Shown here: positions 51,332 to 60,617 of the stretch, piece by piece
Layout: each line of letters begins with the position of its first letter
How positions within the stretch are numbered: position 1 is the stretch's first letter
Origin: a virus
Strand: one strand, 5' to 3'
Virus record (IMG/VR): IMGVR_UViG_3300045988_129956
Span: 16,545-80,544 of that record
Length of the DNA: 64,000 nucleotides
Translations under genes and position numbers: made by a program
Notes under the pieces: generated by a model
Database searches by the model: none
What the model was told of the DNA's origin: nothing
What the model saw: only the letters and a program-made list of their open reading frames with translations

Positions 51332-51598
51332 TTAAGGTAATAGATCATCCAAATAAGCCCATGATTCCATTTCATCTAATCTGCATAAAATACATCCTGG
51401 ACGGCTGGATATAAAAGTTCTGTTCTCTTCCAATATACCCATAATTGGATTCTTTGATCCTATTGTTGATTTCTTAGGGAGAAACACAATAAAACGGTGG
51501 CAATCTGGAATTACTGTTATAGAATGCCACACGCTGTTAATGCGCCATTCTGCACCAGCTTTAAAAAGAGGAACAGCAAATTCTATATCTTGTTTCAT
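51332..51598 (-). CDS. hypothetical protein (88 aa)
   Basis: ORF. Confidence 0.4.
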   Translation of the reverse strand: MKQDIEFAVPLFKAGAEWRINSVWHSITVIPDCHRFIVFLPKKSTIGSKNPIMGILEENRTFISSRPGCILCRLDEMESWAYLDDLLP

Positions 51599-51734
51599 GT
51601 CTTATTATTGTTTAATTAATTTAAATATTTTTAGTTTTGAAATTATTTAAGGTTATTATATACAACTTTACACCATCTATATAAAACAGAAGCCGGATAA
51701 TGATTAACGTATATCCGGCTTCTGTTTTATATGG

Positions 51735-52769
51735 TTAAAATTCTTTTTCGTTACCACCTTTTTTAGAGGTGGTTTTATCAAAAAGAGGGTCGTTAGGATC
51801 TGTTTTGGGATTATAGCTAAATATGCCTTTAGCTATTCTCTTCATATCTTCTTCTATGTTTGGATCTCCACATTCTCCCCTCATTATCTCGTCATACAAC
51901 TTATCTTGTACTGGTAAAGCCTTATCTAACATTTCTTTGAACTTATCCCAATTGTAGTCTGAAGCCCTTCCCAATGCCTCTATTGCAGCTAAATGTTCTT
52001 TTAATTTAGGCTTTCCAAGATCCTCTGATAAGAATTGATGATCTTTTTTAGGTTTATACCCTTTCTCGTTTTTAGGGTTTCTTATCTTAAGTTCTTCAAG
52101 AACTCCCGGTCCAAGTCTTTTATAAACAATATCATTGATCCACTGACCAACAACGGCGGGCCTCTTATGTATATTTTCCCAATCCCATCCCCTCATCTTG
52201 TAAATCATTTCAAAAAAGCTATCATTAAATGTTTTCACCCATTTACTTGCTTCCTCTGTAAGGAATTGATTTAGGAATTTCTGTAGTTCGTCTTTCGCCC
52301 TATTTTTGTCTTCTTGATACCCTGTGGCTTCATCCACTAATGCTATGATACCAACTTTCGCGAGTGCTCTAACAATTATATCACATCTATTTATGACTGT
52401 TTGTTGATTGACACCTAAAGATGTTTTTTTGCTTAATGCACAATCTCTGGCATTAAGCATGATTTCGCAAATATCAGGTAATATTGTAGCTTCATAAGCC
52501 ATTATTCTTCTATATCCTTTAAAACAAGGAAATGACTTATCTTTTACCGATAAATAACCATTTGGAATACAGTCGCTTATAGCTTTGGAGGATAGTATTT
52601 TTACTAATTTTGTACCCGATCTATCATTAGGATCGTCAAGTCCTAAAACGTTTTGCATTCCGGTAGTAGATAGGACTCTTCTACCATCCTCCAAAACGTA
52701 ACAAGGAATTTTTAAACCATTGAGGTCTAATTCTCCTTCGTACTTGATTTTATTATCTATTTTTTCCAT
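51735..52769 (-). CDS. hypothetical protein (344 aa), possibly antirepressor/P63C-like
   Basis: ORF. Weak resemblance to phage antirepressor C-terminal domains. Confidence 0.5.
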   Translation of the reverse strand: MEKIDNKIKYEGELDLNGLKIPCYVLEDGRRVLSTTGMQNVLGLDDPNDRSGTKLVKILSSKAISDCIPNGYLSVKDKSFPCFKGYRRIMAYEATILPDICEIMLNARDCALSKKTSLGVNQQTVINRCDIIVRALAKVGIIALVDEATGYQEDKNRAKDELQKFLNQFLTEEASKWVKTFNDSFFEMIYKMRGWDWENIHKRPAVVGQWINDIVYKRLGPGVLEELKIRNPKNEKGYKPKKDHQFLSEDLGKPKLKEHLAAIEALGRASDYNWDKFKEMLDKALPVQDKLYDEIMRGECGDPNIEEDMKRIAKGIFSYNPKTDPNDPLFDKTTSKKGGNEKEF

Positions 52770-52773
52770 TGCA

Positions 52774-53685
52774 TTAATTAATTTGTGAATACCTTAATCG
52801 TCGTTTGGTATTCTGCAAAAATACATCGAATCTTTCAGATTCCGATAGATGTTTCGTGTTATATCTGAAAGATTCGCAATCTACATATCTTTGAAGATGT
52901 TTTCTCGACACCCAGAAATGGGTTCCAGAAATCATTTTCTTCAAATGGCTCCAATATCCTTCGATTGTGTTTGTTGATCTTCTGCCTATTACATACGCTC
53001 CCTTTTTGTGATATACTTTTTGATGATCAAACTTTTCTTTGTTGATCCCGTTATACGCATACCATTCGTCAGAATATATGGTAGAATTAGGATGAACGGT
53101 ATTGTATATCAAAGGAAGTAAGGTTTTACCTTTTGTGTCTGTAATGACATAAGCGACAACAAATCCTTCTCGTTGGAGTGTCCCAAACACAGGGGTTTTA
53201 TCTTTTAAAGATCTCCCCTGTGCATCTTTAACTTTATCCTTACTATGTCTATTCTTGTTTTTGCCACCAATATAAGTTTCATCCACTTCAATCTCGCCTT
53301 TCAAACACGGCTCTTTTATTTCAATATTAAAACAATTGTGAATACGTTGAAGCATAAACCAAGCCGTTTTCTGTGTTACTCCCACGATTTTAGACAACTG
53401 TAAAGATGATACTCCTCTTTTCATTTCAACAACAAAATAACAAGCCAACATCCATTTTCGTAATGAGACTTTCGAATTTTCAAAAATCGTTCCTGTACGA
53501 ACATTGAAATATTTACCCGTGTTTTTACACTTGTATCTATTTCCTTTGCATTTATACACCTTAGATTCCGGATCAAAAGGAGAAACAACGTGATTTCCCC
53601 ACCTTTCTTTTTCAAGAAAGGTTATACACGCTTGCTCATCAGGAAACAATTTTGAAAATTCAGGAAGTGATTTAAAATCGAACAT
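52774..53685 (-). CDS. IS1595-family (ISXO2-like) DDE transposase
   Basis: DDE triad contexts EVDETYIGG, IYSDEWYAY and NTIEGYWSHLKKM..G. The N-terminal IS1595 zinc-ribbon region is present, but its Cys ligands are largely lost. Confidence 0.75.
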   Translation of the reverse strand: MFDFKSLPEFSKLFPDEQACITFLEKERWGNHVVSPFDPESKVYKCKGNRYKCKNTGKYFNVRTGTIFENSKVSLRKWMLACYFVVEMKRGVSSLQLSKIVGVTQKTAWFMLQRIHNCFNIEIKEPCLKGEIEVDETYIGGKNKNRHSKDKVKDAQGRSLKDKTPVFGTLQREGFVVAYVITDTKGKTLLPLIYNTVHPNSTIYSDEWYAYNGINKEKFDHQKVYHKKGAYVIGRRSTNTIEGYWSHLKKMISGTHFWVSRKHLQRYVDCESFRYNTKHLSESERFDVFLQNTKRRLRYSQIN

Positions 53686-53700
53686 ACTTTTTATCTTTAT
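52774..53700 (-). mobile_element. IS1595-family transposase gene; no terminal inverted repeats identified
   Basis: The transposase ORF is tightly packed against the flanking gene (5-nt gap). It may be a decayed or domesticated copy. Confidence 0.35.
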
Positions 53701-53853
53701 ATTGGATTATAAAAATACAAAAATACATTCATATAACCAACTAAAAATCAATCAAATTAATCGAATGTCTGATTTTGAATTATTTTTTTTTGTTGTTAAA
53801 TTTCTAATTCTTTTCTATTTTTGAGGATTGTCTAATTTAATAATACTAATATC

Positions 53854-54081
53854 ATGAAAAAGAAAGATAATTCTGGTAAGCGTTGGACTTCAACAGAGAT
53901 AGAAAAGCTAATAAAACTAATAAAAGGCAATACTCCAACAAAGTTAATAGCATATAAGATGGGTAGAACCAAAAATGCCATTAATTCAAAAGCACAAGAT
54001 GAAAAGATTTCATTAAAGCCAACTAACAAGTCCCCTTATGATAGAAAATATTCTAATTCAAAGAGGAAAGGAAAGAAGTAA
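53854..54081 (+). CDS. small basic protein with SANT/Myb-like W..E..L signature, hypothetical
   Basis: GKRWTSTEIEKLIKLI. It is the only plus-strand ORF inside the minus-strand block. Confidence 0.35.
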   Translation: MKKKDNSGKRWTSTEIEKLIKLIKGNTPTKLIAYKMGRTKNAINSKAQDEKISLKPTNKSPYDRKYSNSKRKGKK

Positions 54082-54260
54082 CTCTTTCAAATTTTCTTCT
54101 TAGCTCATTAGACCATTGATGATCATAATCTGCCAATAATGATCCCATTTCCATTATTAAGGAATAAACTTCTTCCTTTCTTGCGAAAAAAGATTGTTTG
54201 TTTTTTTCTTTTAATGTTTTCATAACTGTAATTTTTAAAAGTGAATAATTAATTGATTTA

Positions 54261-54297
54261 TAAAAAAAAGCGGTGATAAACTAAGTTACCACCGCTT
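54261..54297 (-). terminator. rho-independent terminator for lipoprotein/OMP transcript
   Basis: AAGCGGTG...CACCGCTT 8-bp stem. On the minus strand a T8 run follows it (A8 on plus at 54262-54269). Confidence 0.5.
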
Positions 54298-54318
54298 TTA
54301 CTATCATATTGTTTCGTA

Positions 54319-54714
54319 TTACTTTATTTTGTACATTGAGAAATCTTCAAAATCACCAGATATACAATCAAGTTTTAGCCAACCTTCTGACACCTTAACA
54401 TCATAAACAATAGGTGGCTCAGGGTCACTATCAAATACAATGACTAATCTCATTGTATTTTTATCAAAAGAGTATGTGAAAGGATCTGGGCTTTTCTTTT
54501 TGCCTTCATTGTAATATACAGTCATTACGCCTGTATCGTCATTATAAAATGTGAGTTCGAAAAATTCATCTGCGGGGAATTGCTCTCCCCATGAACCTAT
54601 TAATATGCTGTTATTGTCATTATTCACATTATCATCGTTACACGAAAATGTGAATAAAAGTAGCAAGGTTAATAATATATGTAGTACTTGTTTCATGTTA
54701 TTGTTAAAATTCAT
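54319..54714 (-). CDS. lipoprotein (signal peptide plus lipobox)
   Basis: MKQVLHILLTLLLLFTFSCNDD. Bacteroidetes-type lipoprotein N-terminus. Confidence 0.6.
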   Translation of the reverse strand: MNFNNNMKQVLHILLTLLLLFTFSCNDDNVNNDNNSILIGSWGEQFPADEFFELTFYNDDTGVMTVYYNEGKKKSPDPFTYSFDKNTMRLVIVFDSDPEPPIVYDVKVSEGWLKLDCISGDFEDFSMYKIK

Positions 54715-55408
54715 ATCCTACCTTTATACTAAATCCGTTCATGTCACCACTTCCATCTCCCCATTCTTCATCAAATGATACCTTTTGTATAGAATATCCT
54801 ATACCTAAATTAACAGCTTGTTTTTTAGTAGTCATAAACCGTACACCAATAAAAGGGTTACAATACAATCCACCTTTTTTTGCATGTCTTGGTGCTTCTT
54901 TAGTATTGAACTTATACCCTATTCTTAATGCAATAAAAGGTGATATTGGACCATTTAAGGCATATCCTCTCACATCAGCAAATATAGGTATGCTTACTGT
55001 TGAATAATCGGTCATATAGTGTATGCCGGTTCCACCTCCTACAAATAAATACTGATTGATTTGGCTTCCATACGTGAAATATAATTCTGGACCTTTGTAT
55101 CCACCTGCCCAGTATCCGAGATCAATCATAAATCTACTCCCTGTCAAATCGTACTTTTCATTGGATATCTTAAATGGAATTTTAGATTCTTTCTCTTCTT
55201 TGGTTATTTTACTGATATCTTCCATAGGATACACAAACGTACTACCATCAGAAGTGCGAATAGTAATTTGCTTGTCTGGTATCTGCTCGATAATAACCCC
55301 TTTTATAACACTTCCATTTTTTTAATGAATAGCTTCAACCATTTTGTTTTGTGAGTAAGCGCATACACTACCCAATAGAACAACTAACAATAATAGATAC
55401 TTTTTCAT
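54704..55408 (-). pseudogene. outer-membrane beta-barrel protein gene interrupted by in-frame TAA (at 55322-55324)
   Basis: The upstream piece MKKYLLLLVVLLGSVCAYSQNKMVEAIH stops at TAA. The same frame continues KNGSVIKGVIIEQ...KVGYEF. It has alternating beta-strand character and a C-terminal aromatic residue. Confidence 0.5.
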
Positions 55409-55495
55409 ATGAAATAATTTTGCTCTTTCTGCCTCCTTCGAAAGATTAACAAATAAAAAAAGCGCGGAGACTATTGGATATTATGACATTGAGGC

Positions 55496-55640
55496 TCTGG
55501 ACTGCCCATCGAACAATAATACACAATAGATCCACGCCTTATGCTGGTATATAGTTTGCCCTTTGTATTAAGCAAAGTGATATACAACAACACAGGCGTA
55601 GAAACATTTGCTATTATCCTGTTCGATGAAATTGTCCAGA
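55496..55640. repeat. imperfect ~30-nt inverted repeat pair flanking ~80 bp (structured RNA or MITE-like)
   Basis: Left arm TCTGGACtgccCATCGAACAataatacacAATAG. Right arm CTATTatccTGTTCGATGaaattGTCCAGA. Confidence 0.35.
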
Positions 55641-55724
55641 TTTCAATGCCGGATAATATCTTAACGCTTCTACGTCTTAACTCTAATACGTGAGGGCAAA
55701 GATATAGATATTTGGAAATGCAAA

Positions 55725-55766
55725 CAACCTCATAACAACATTTTTATGAATATTGTTATGAGGTTG
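55725..55766. repeat. 14-bp perfect inverted repeat / hairpin
   Basis: CAACCTCATAACAA-14 nt-TTGTTATGAGGTTG. Confidence 0.45.
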
Positions 55767-55853
55767 TAATATGTGCTGGTCAATGATTATTTTTTGGTAG
55801 TAGTGTAAAGTTGTATATAATCACCTTATTTTAATCTTCTTTTTACATTATGC

Positions 55854-56609
55854 TTACTTTTTCCAGCACCAAAAATTCACAGCATATTTTCCAGTAGTTA
55901 TAAATATCTTATCTCCTCCTATCTCCGCAAGTATGTTCTTTCCAAATATCCTTGTAAGAAGCGGTATATACTTTGCATCTATAGGTAAATCCTGGATTTC
56001 TTTTATAGGTCTATATGGCACAAACGCTTTGTTCTCATATACCATCTCAATATACAATCCATCCGGTGATTCAAACACGTCTTTCCCTTTCTGTCTCATC
56101 CCAGATCGTATTATCCGTTCTTTCCAAGATTGAATATATGATTTTCTAAGGGTCTCATTTATCTTATTAATGACCTCTTCCTTAAATTCGTAATACTCAT
56201 ATATACGACCTTTGTAGTCAGCTATCATTTCTTCAATCTTACTTTCGGATGCCCATAACCCATAATACACATAGCAATCCAATAATCTATCTACCGAAGA
56301 AACACCAATCAGTACCATTTTAGAAAGTTGATTTCCCTCTTTTTCCAATTCTTCTCTTGCTCTGTCTGTCGCCGCATCCCACCATTGCCCTTCACACTTC
56401 TCTATCTCCCCGTTGTCAAGTACGATATCGAACTTTCTACCTCCGAAAGCTTCTCTTCGCTCATTTCTCTTTGCAAGGAAATCATAGAATATACCTCCTA
56501 TCCTTCCAATAATGGTATCATCTCCGTACTTTGTGCTAATTTTATCAGGCATTTCGTCAAAGACAAGGAACTTCGATTCTCCTGACTCTACTAAATATAA
56601 TAGCTTCAT
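55854..56609 (-). CDS. hypothetical protein (251 aa)
   Basis: ORF. Confidence 0.5.
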   Translation of the reverse strand: MKLLYLVESGESKFLVFDEMPDKISTKYGDDTIIGRIGGIFYDFLAKRNERREAFGGRKFDIVLDNGEIEKCEGQWWDAATDRAREELEKEGNQLSKMVLIGVSSVDRLLDCYVYYGLWASESKIEEMIADYKGRIYEYYEFKEEVINKINETLRKSYIQSWKERIIRSGMRQKGKDVFESPDGLYIEMVYENKAFVPYRPIKEIQDLPIDAKYIPLLTRIFGKNILAEIGGDKIFITTGKYAVNFWCWKK

Positions 56610-56620
56610 GATTTATCTCT

Positions 56621-57100
56621 TTAGATGTAAGTTATGCTGCCAACATTAATCTGCATTATATCGTTTTCCAACGTAATGAAATTGTTTTGTTTTATGGGCC
56701 CAAACATCAATCCATATACACTTACTGTATTAAACAGCCTAACAGTGTGAAAATCTTCATTTGGCTCTACCCTGTTTTTATCCCAATATCCCAAATCGTT
56801 GATAGTTGCCGGGAATCCTCCTACGTCGTTATACTTATAGTAATCGTTTTGATTGAAAACGATTCCCTTTATTAACAGGTTCCCGATGCTTTTCATGTTG
56901 AATCCGGACAACGCGATCTGCTCTGAGATATAACTAATCAAACAGTTATGATACGTGTTTGGCTTATCTCCTCTCTCGTTAATAATTTTCTTCCATTTCT
57001 TCGTTAATGGAACCCTAATATCCATATATGTACCAAATACGACTATGTTAGGACATTCTCCTTCAAACTTCGTTAAATCTTCTACTCTCATAATTAACAA
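56621..57100 (-). CDS. hypothetical protein (159 aa)
   Basis: ORF. Confidence 0.5.
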   Translation of the reverse strand: MLIMRVEDLTKFEGECPNIVVFGTYMDIRVPLTKKWKKIINERGDKPNTYHNCLISYISEQIALSGFNMKSIGNLLIKGIVFNQNDYYKYNDVGGFPATINDLGYWDKNRVEPNEDFHTVRLFNTVSVYGLMFGPIKQNNFITLENDIMQINVGSITYI

Positions 57101-57140
57101 ACATTTGTATTGTTTTCGTCGTTCACTATCTGACTAATGT

Positions 57141-57205
57141 ACGGTCCTGGCCACAGACAGCCAGGCCGACCTCATGGCAGGGCAGGCGCCGCCTTACTCT
57201 GGCTG
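57141..57205. other. intergenic GC-rich island with hairpin
   Basis: About 70 percent GC over 65 bp in a ~37 percent GC genome. CCTGGC-cacagaca-GCCAGG stem. No U-tract. Confidence 0.35.
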
Positions 57206-57382
57206 TTCTACCCACTCCCTGTATCCTACATTAAAACCAATAGGATCATACCTTTTGATCATAGTGCCATAATTCTCTCTACCGCAATACCTGTTCTTTC
57301 CTCCAATGATCCATGCCTCATCGTCTCTATCTGGAGATATGGAGTTAAGATACTTTTCATAATCCTTTCTACTCTTTCCCAT
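57194..57382 (-). CDS. hypothetical small protein (62 aa)
   Basis: ORF. Confidence 0.35.
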   Translation of the reverse strand: MGKSRKDYEKYLNSISPDRDDEAWIIGGKNRYCGRENYGTMIKRYDPIGFNVGYREWVEQPE

Positions 57383-57728
57383 CTTTGTCTTGATTTAAAC
57401 AATAGTTAATAAAATAAGCAACCTGTTCATTTTCCCCTGTATTATCATAATCACCTAAAGTCATATCATCATAATCCAGCAGAACTATACGAAAATCGTT
57501 TTTTTTGACATACACCTCCGTTAAAAACATAGGAATCCCATTAATTTCTATTATCACCGGAAACTGATCATCAAAGTCAAACGCATCATTAGTTTCTTTA
57601 AACTCTTTAAACTTTAGCTTTATAATTCCATTGTTTTCTGCTAATGCTTCTTTGATGTACTTTAATCTTTTTGCATTCAGACTGACCTCTGCTTCTTCTA
57701 TTTCTTTATACAATTTATTTAGATCCAT
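57369..57728 (-). CDS. hypothetical acidic protein (119 aa)
   Basis: ORF. Confidence 0.45.
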   Translation of the reverse strand: MDLNKLYKEIEEAEVSLNAKRLKYIKEALAENNGIIKLKFKEFKETNDAFDFDDQFPVIIEINGIPMFLTEVYVKKNDFRIVLLDYDDMTLGDYDNTGENEQVAYFINYCLNQDKDGKE

Positions 57729-58230
57729 ATTCCACTATATTTATGTTGTCAAATTTTTCTTTTATAATATCCAAGGCGCCATACTCGTTTGTTATCATAG
57801 CATGCTTTCCTGGCTTCATTCTCCACAGATTAAAACACCTTGTCACATTCATAGTGGCATTAAATAATGATATTTCGTATCTTGTGTTCCCATTTTCATC
57901 ATGTCCCGCTTTTTTAAAATAACATAGGGTCGGCTTGTATTTGAAATAATTAAAAAGCCTATACCATCCCTTTCCGTTACATGTTTCACAATTCCATATT
58001 CCAGCAAGCTTCCTATATCCCCTTACCGGTATTCTCTCTATTTCTTTTGGTACGATCTTGACATACTTTCCTTCTCCGATTGGTATGGTCATATTACCTG
58101 CCTCTTTCGTGCAAAAGTATTCTATTTCAGATGCCATTCCTTTATACATATAGAACCGGTATAAGTTCCCGTCAGGGTCTACCCGATCCATGTAATATAA
58201 TATCACTTTATCTACTTTTATCGTTTTCAT
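57715..58230 (-). CDS. hypothetical protein (171 aa)
   Basis: ORF. Confidence 0.5.
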   Translation of the reverse strand: MKTIKVDKVILYYMDRVDPDGNLYRFYMYKGMASEIEYFCTKEAGNMTIPIGEGKYVKIVPKEIERIPVRGYRKLAGIWNCETCNGKGWYRLFNYFKYKPTLCYFKKAGHDENGNTRYEISLFNATMNVTRCFNLWRMKPGKHAMITNEYGALDIIKEKFDNINIVEYGSK

Positions 58231-58478
58231 TCCTTTATTCTACTTATCTTTAAATTGTTATTCCCACAGTATTCCTTCAACCAACTATCCGTTAGATAAC
58301 GATTAACTCTATCGTATTCCTTTTTCGGACCCTTGCTCCATAATTTCCATTCGTTTGTAATATCGTTCCCATATTTATCAAACCAATAGATATAATATAC
58401 TACATTACCGTATAAATCCACTCTTTTTCTTTCCTGTATGACTACCTCGTAAGGCATTTCCTTGTCTCTTTTCTCCAT
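58227..58478 (-). CDS. hypothetical protein (83 aa)
   Basis: ORF, coupled. Confidence 0.45.
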   Translation of the reverse strand: MEKRDKEMPYEVVIQERKRVDLYGNVVYYIYWFDKYGNDITNEWKLWSKGPKKEYDRVNRYLTDSWLKEYCGNNNLKISRIKE

Positions 58479-58553
58479 CTTTATCCTCCTTTCTTAAAAA
58501 AAAACGACACCTATCTTCACAGACCAGTGCCGGCAACTAACTTACATGGAAAA

Positions 58554-58958
58554 CTACTTAACCTCAACTAATTCTACAGAGCTGTAGAATTTAGTGAAGC
58601 TACCAACAAATTCTCTTATATTTTTATATTCTTCTGGTCGTTTTCTGTTACCGTCTTTTATATAATTTACCCACAGTCTATCTTCTATGCTCTTAATCGC
58701 ATTCTCTATCGTAAATTCGTCGCTGACACACATTAAGCACGAAGACCCGGTTTTCTTATGCGGTTTATACACCCTTGAAAAAGACCACATTTTTATCCTG
58801 TCGTATATATATCCGTTGTTGGGATAAACGAATCCTATCCGGCTGTCACCTTCTTTGGCGTAAAACACACCTGGCTCCTTCCCACCCTTTCTATATACTA
58901 CAAATCCTTTTTCTTTTAGGATCTTAACTATCTTATTTATCTTGTTCTCTACGTTCAT
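58554..58958 (-). CDS. hypothetical protein (134 aa)
   Basis: ORF. Confidence 0.5.
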   Translation of the reverse strand: MNVENKINKIVKILKEKGFVVYRKGGKEPGVFYAKEGDSRIGFVYPNNGYIYDRIKMWSFSRVYKPHKKTGSSCLMCVSDEFTIENAIKSIEDRLWVNYIKDGNRKRPEEYKNIREFVGSFTKFYSSVELVEVK

Positions 58959-59415
58959 TGTAATGCAAGTATTTAAAAACTACCCTCATTATAGTTGCGA
59001 AGTTCTCTACCTTAACCCACTCATGAGCCACTGCTCTAAGTACAGACGTTTCATATGTTGGAATATTATCTTCTTCAACCACCTTACAAGAAGCCAGAAC
59101 TCCTTCGGTCGGCTTTAGTCCACGGTCATGCAGCTCGCAGAGACCGTCCGGCTGGCGGAATGCGCACCACCCGCCCTCTTCTGCTGGCTGGATCATATCT
59201 ATTGGTTTTTCTCTCACTGCAAGATACCCTACCATCCACCTTGTTTCTTTTAACCTGTCAGCGTATCCTGCATCTATGATAGCCTCTATGTCTTTTGGCG
59301 TACCAATACAAGGAACCTCACACATGTTCTTGCATTTATCACATGTACAAGGTTGCTCCCATCTGTTATGATCTATGCCTACCAACTTCTTTATCCGTTC
59401 TACTTCTTCTTTCAT
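58933..59415 (-). CDS. Cys-rich hypothetical protein (160 aa)
   Basis: CTCDKCKNMCEVPC ... C. Confidence 0.5.
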   Translation of the reverse strand: MKEEVERIKKLVGIDHNRWEQPCTCDKCKNMCEVPCIGTPKDIEAIIDAGYADRLKETRWMVGYLAVREKPIDMIQPAEEGGWCAFRQPDGLCELHDRGLKPTEGVLASCKVVEEDNIPTYETSVLRAVAHEWVKVENFATIMRVVFKYLHYNERREQDK

Positions 59416-59416
59416 A

Positions 59417-59701
59417 TTATACTATCTCTGTTAGTTTTTCATAATACAACTTCATTTCCGGTGAAGCATATTCCATGAATGCTTCGAATAAGTGGGGTAC
59501 CTCTATTATCATATTCACATTACAACCTTCTGCCTGTGAAAGCGATTCAAGATCATTGCTGTACGAACACGTTACATAAGCTCCTATATTAAACACATGT
59601 AAATCTAATCTTACATATTCCATACATAAATCTAACGCTTTAAACAAGTTCTCTACCTCAATCTCCTGAAATAGGTCTATAAACATCCTTAAATCTATCA
59701 T
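59417..59701 (-). CDS. hypothetical protein (94 aa)
   Basis: ORF. Confidence 0.45.
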   Translation of the reverse strand: MIDLRMFIDLFQEIEVENLFKALDLCMEYVRLDLHVFNIGAYVTCSYSNDLESLSQAEGCNVNMIIEVPHLFEAFMEYASPEMKLYYEKLTEIV

Positions 59702-60081
59702 TTTACCACCCTTTCCACGTGCTTAATTGATACTACTGCCATCCCTTTACCGGTTTTTATCGCACATTCCGATCCTTTTATCCATTCTACACACCCTACA
59801 TACTTTTCTGTAGAATGAAAACCTGGATTGTATTTCCCAGATGTACTGAACTCTACCGTATCCCCTACCTTCAGATCCTCAAAAGCAATAGCCCATGTGG
59901 TCCAAATTCTATCATGCCTCCCAGGCTGAATGGCTCCTATTACGCCCTTCTTGCGACCGTTTTTTATTGCCTTTAGTATTATACTCCTATCACCTTCAAC
60001 AAGGCTGCAAAAACGCCCATAAAAGGTCAAATCAACCTGTTTTCCTCCTATTTCTTCTCTTATTTTTGTTATTCTGTTCAT
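59698..60081 (-). CDS. hypothetical protein (127 aa)
   Basis: ORF, coupled. Confidence 0.5.
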   Translation of the reverse strand: MNRITKIREEIGGKQVDLTFYGRFCSLVEGDRSIILKAIKNGRKKGVIGAIQPGRHDRIWTTWAIAFEDLKVGDTVEFSTSGKYNPGFHSTEKYVGCVEWIKGSECAIKTGKGMAVVSIKHVERVVK

Positions 60082-60325
60082 TTTCTGATTTTGTTTTATT
60101 TTTTTCTTTGTTTTTTCTATCTTCTATAGAAGATGATAATAACATTATCTTTTCTATGTTACTTTTTGACTGTAAAAAAGAATCGCATTTCATTACTACT
60201 ACGATCTTCTTAAGTTCTCCATTATCATACAGCGATACACGCATCATGTTTTGCGCCTCGTCCACTATCAGACCTGGAGTAGTCTTAGCCATTTTGCGTA
60301 GCTTATTATACTCCGGTCTTTCCAT
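60032..60325 (-). CDS. hypothetical protein; C-terminus may be artefactual
   Basis: The N-terminal 60 aa are protein-like. The 3-prime end is K/N/R low-complexity read from an A-rich spacer (60082-60125). Confidence 0.3.
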   Translation of the reverse strand: MERPEYNKLRKMAKTTPGLIVDEAQNMMRVSLYDNGELKKIVVVMKCDSFLQSKSNIEKIMLLSSSIEDRKNKEKNKTKSENEQNNKNKRRNRRKTG

Positions 60326-60590
60326 TTCCTCTGTTTATTACTCTATAGTATTTATCTTTATCTCCCTCTTCCAACTTCTCCAAATAGAAAATTCCATCAT
60401 GCAAATGAGACAAACAAAACCTGTATCCGTATTTCTGCGTTCTTCTTACATGATCCCGCAATCTTATCTCTTCACTTTTGTCTTGTACTTTGATTTTAAT
60501 ACTGTCTCCTTCTTTGATTGTGTATAAAATAGTTTGAATCTCTTCTTTTTTCATCTTATAAAATATTTTAACGGCAGCACCTATACTCAC
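60306..60590 (-). CDS. hypothetical protein (94 aa)
   Basis: ORF. Confidence 0.45.
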   Translation of the reverse strand: MSIGAAVKIFYKMKKEEIQTILYTIKEGDSIKIKVQDKSEEIRLRDHVRRTQKYGYRFCLSHLHDGIFYLEKLEEGDKDKYYRVINRGNGKTGV

Positions 60591-60617
60591 GCACCACTAC
60601 TGCCTTATGTTTAACAA

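Noticed and set aside
57137-57409. 90-aa plus-strand ORF over the GC island
   Set aside because: It is antisense to a plausible minus-strand gene (57194-57382) and starts inside the GC island. It is probably not coding.
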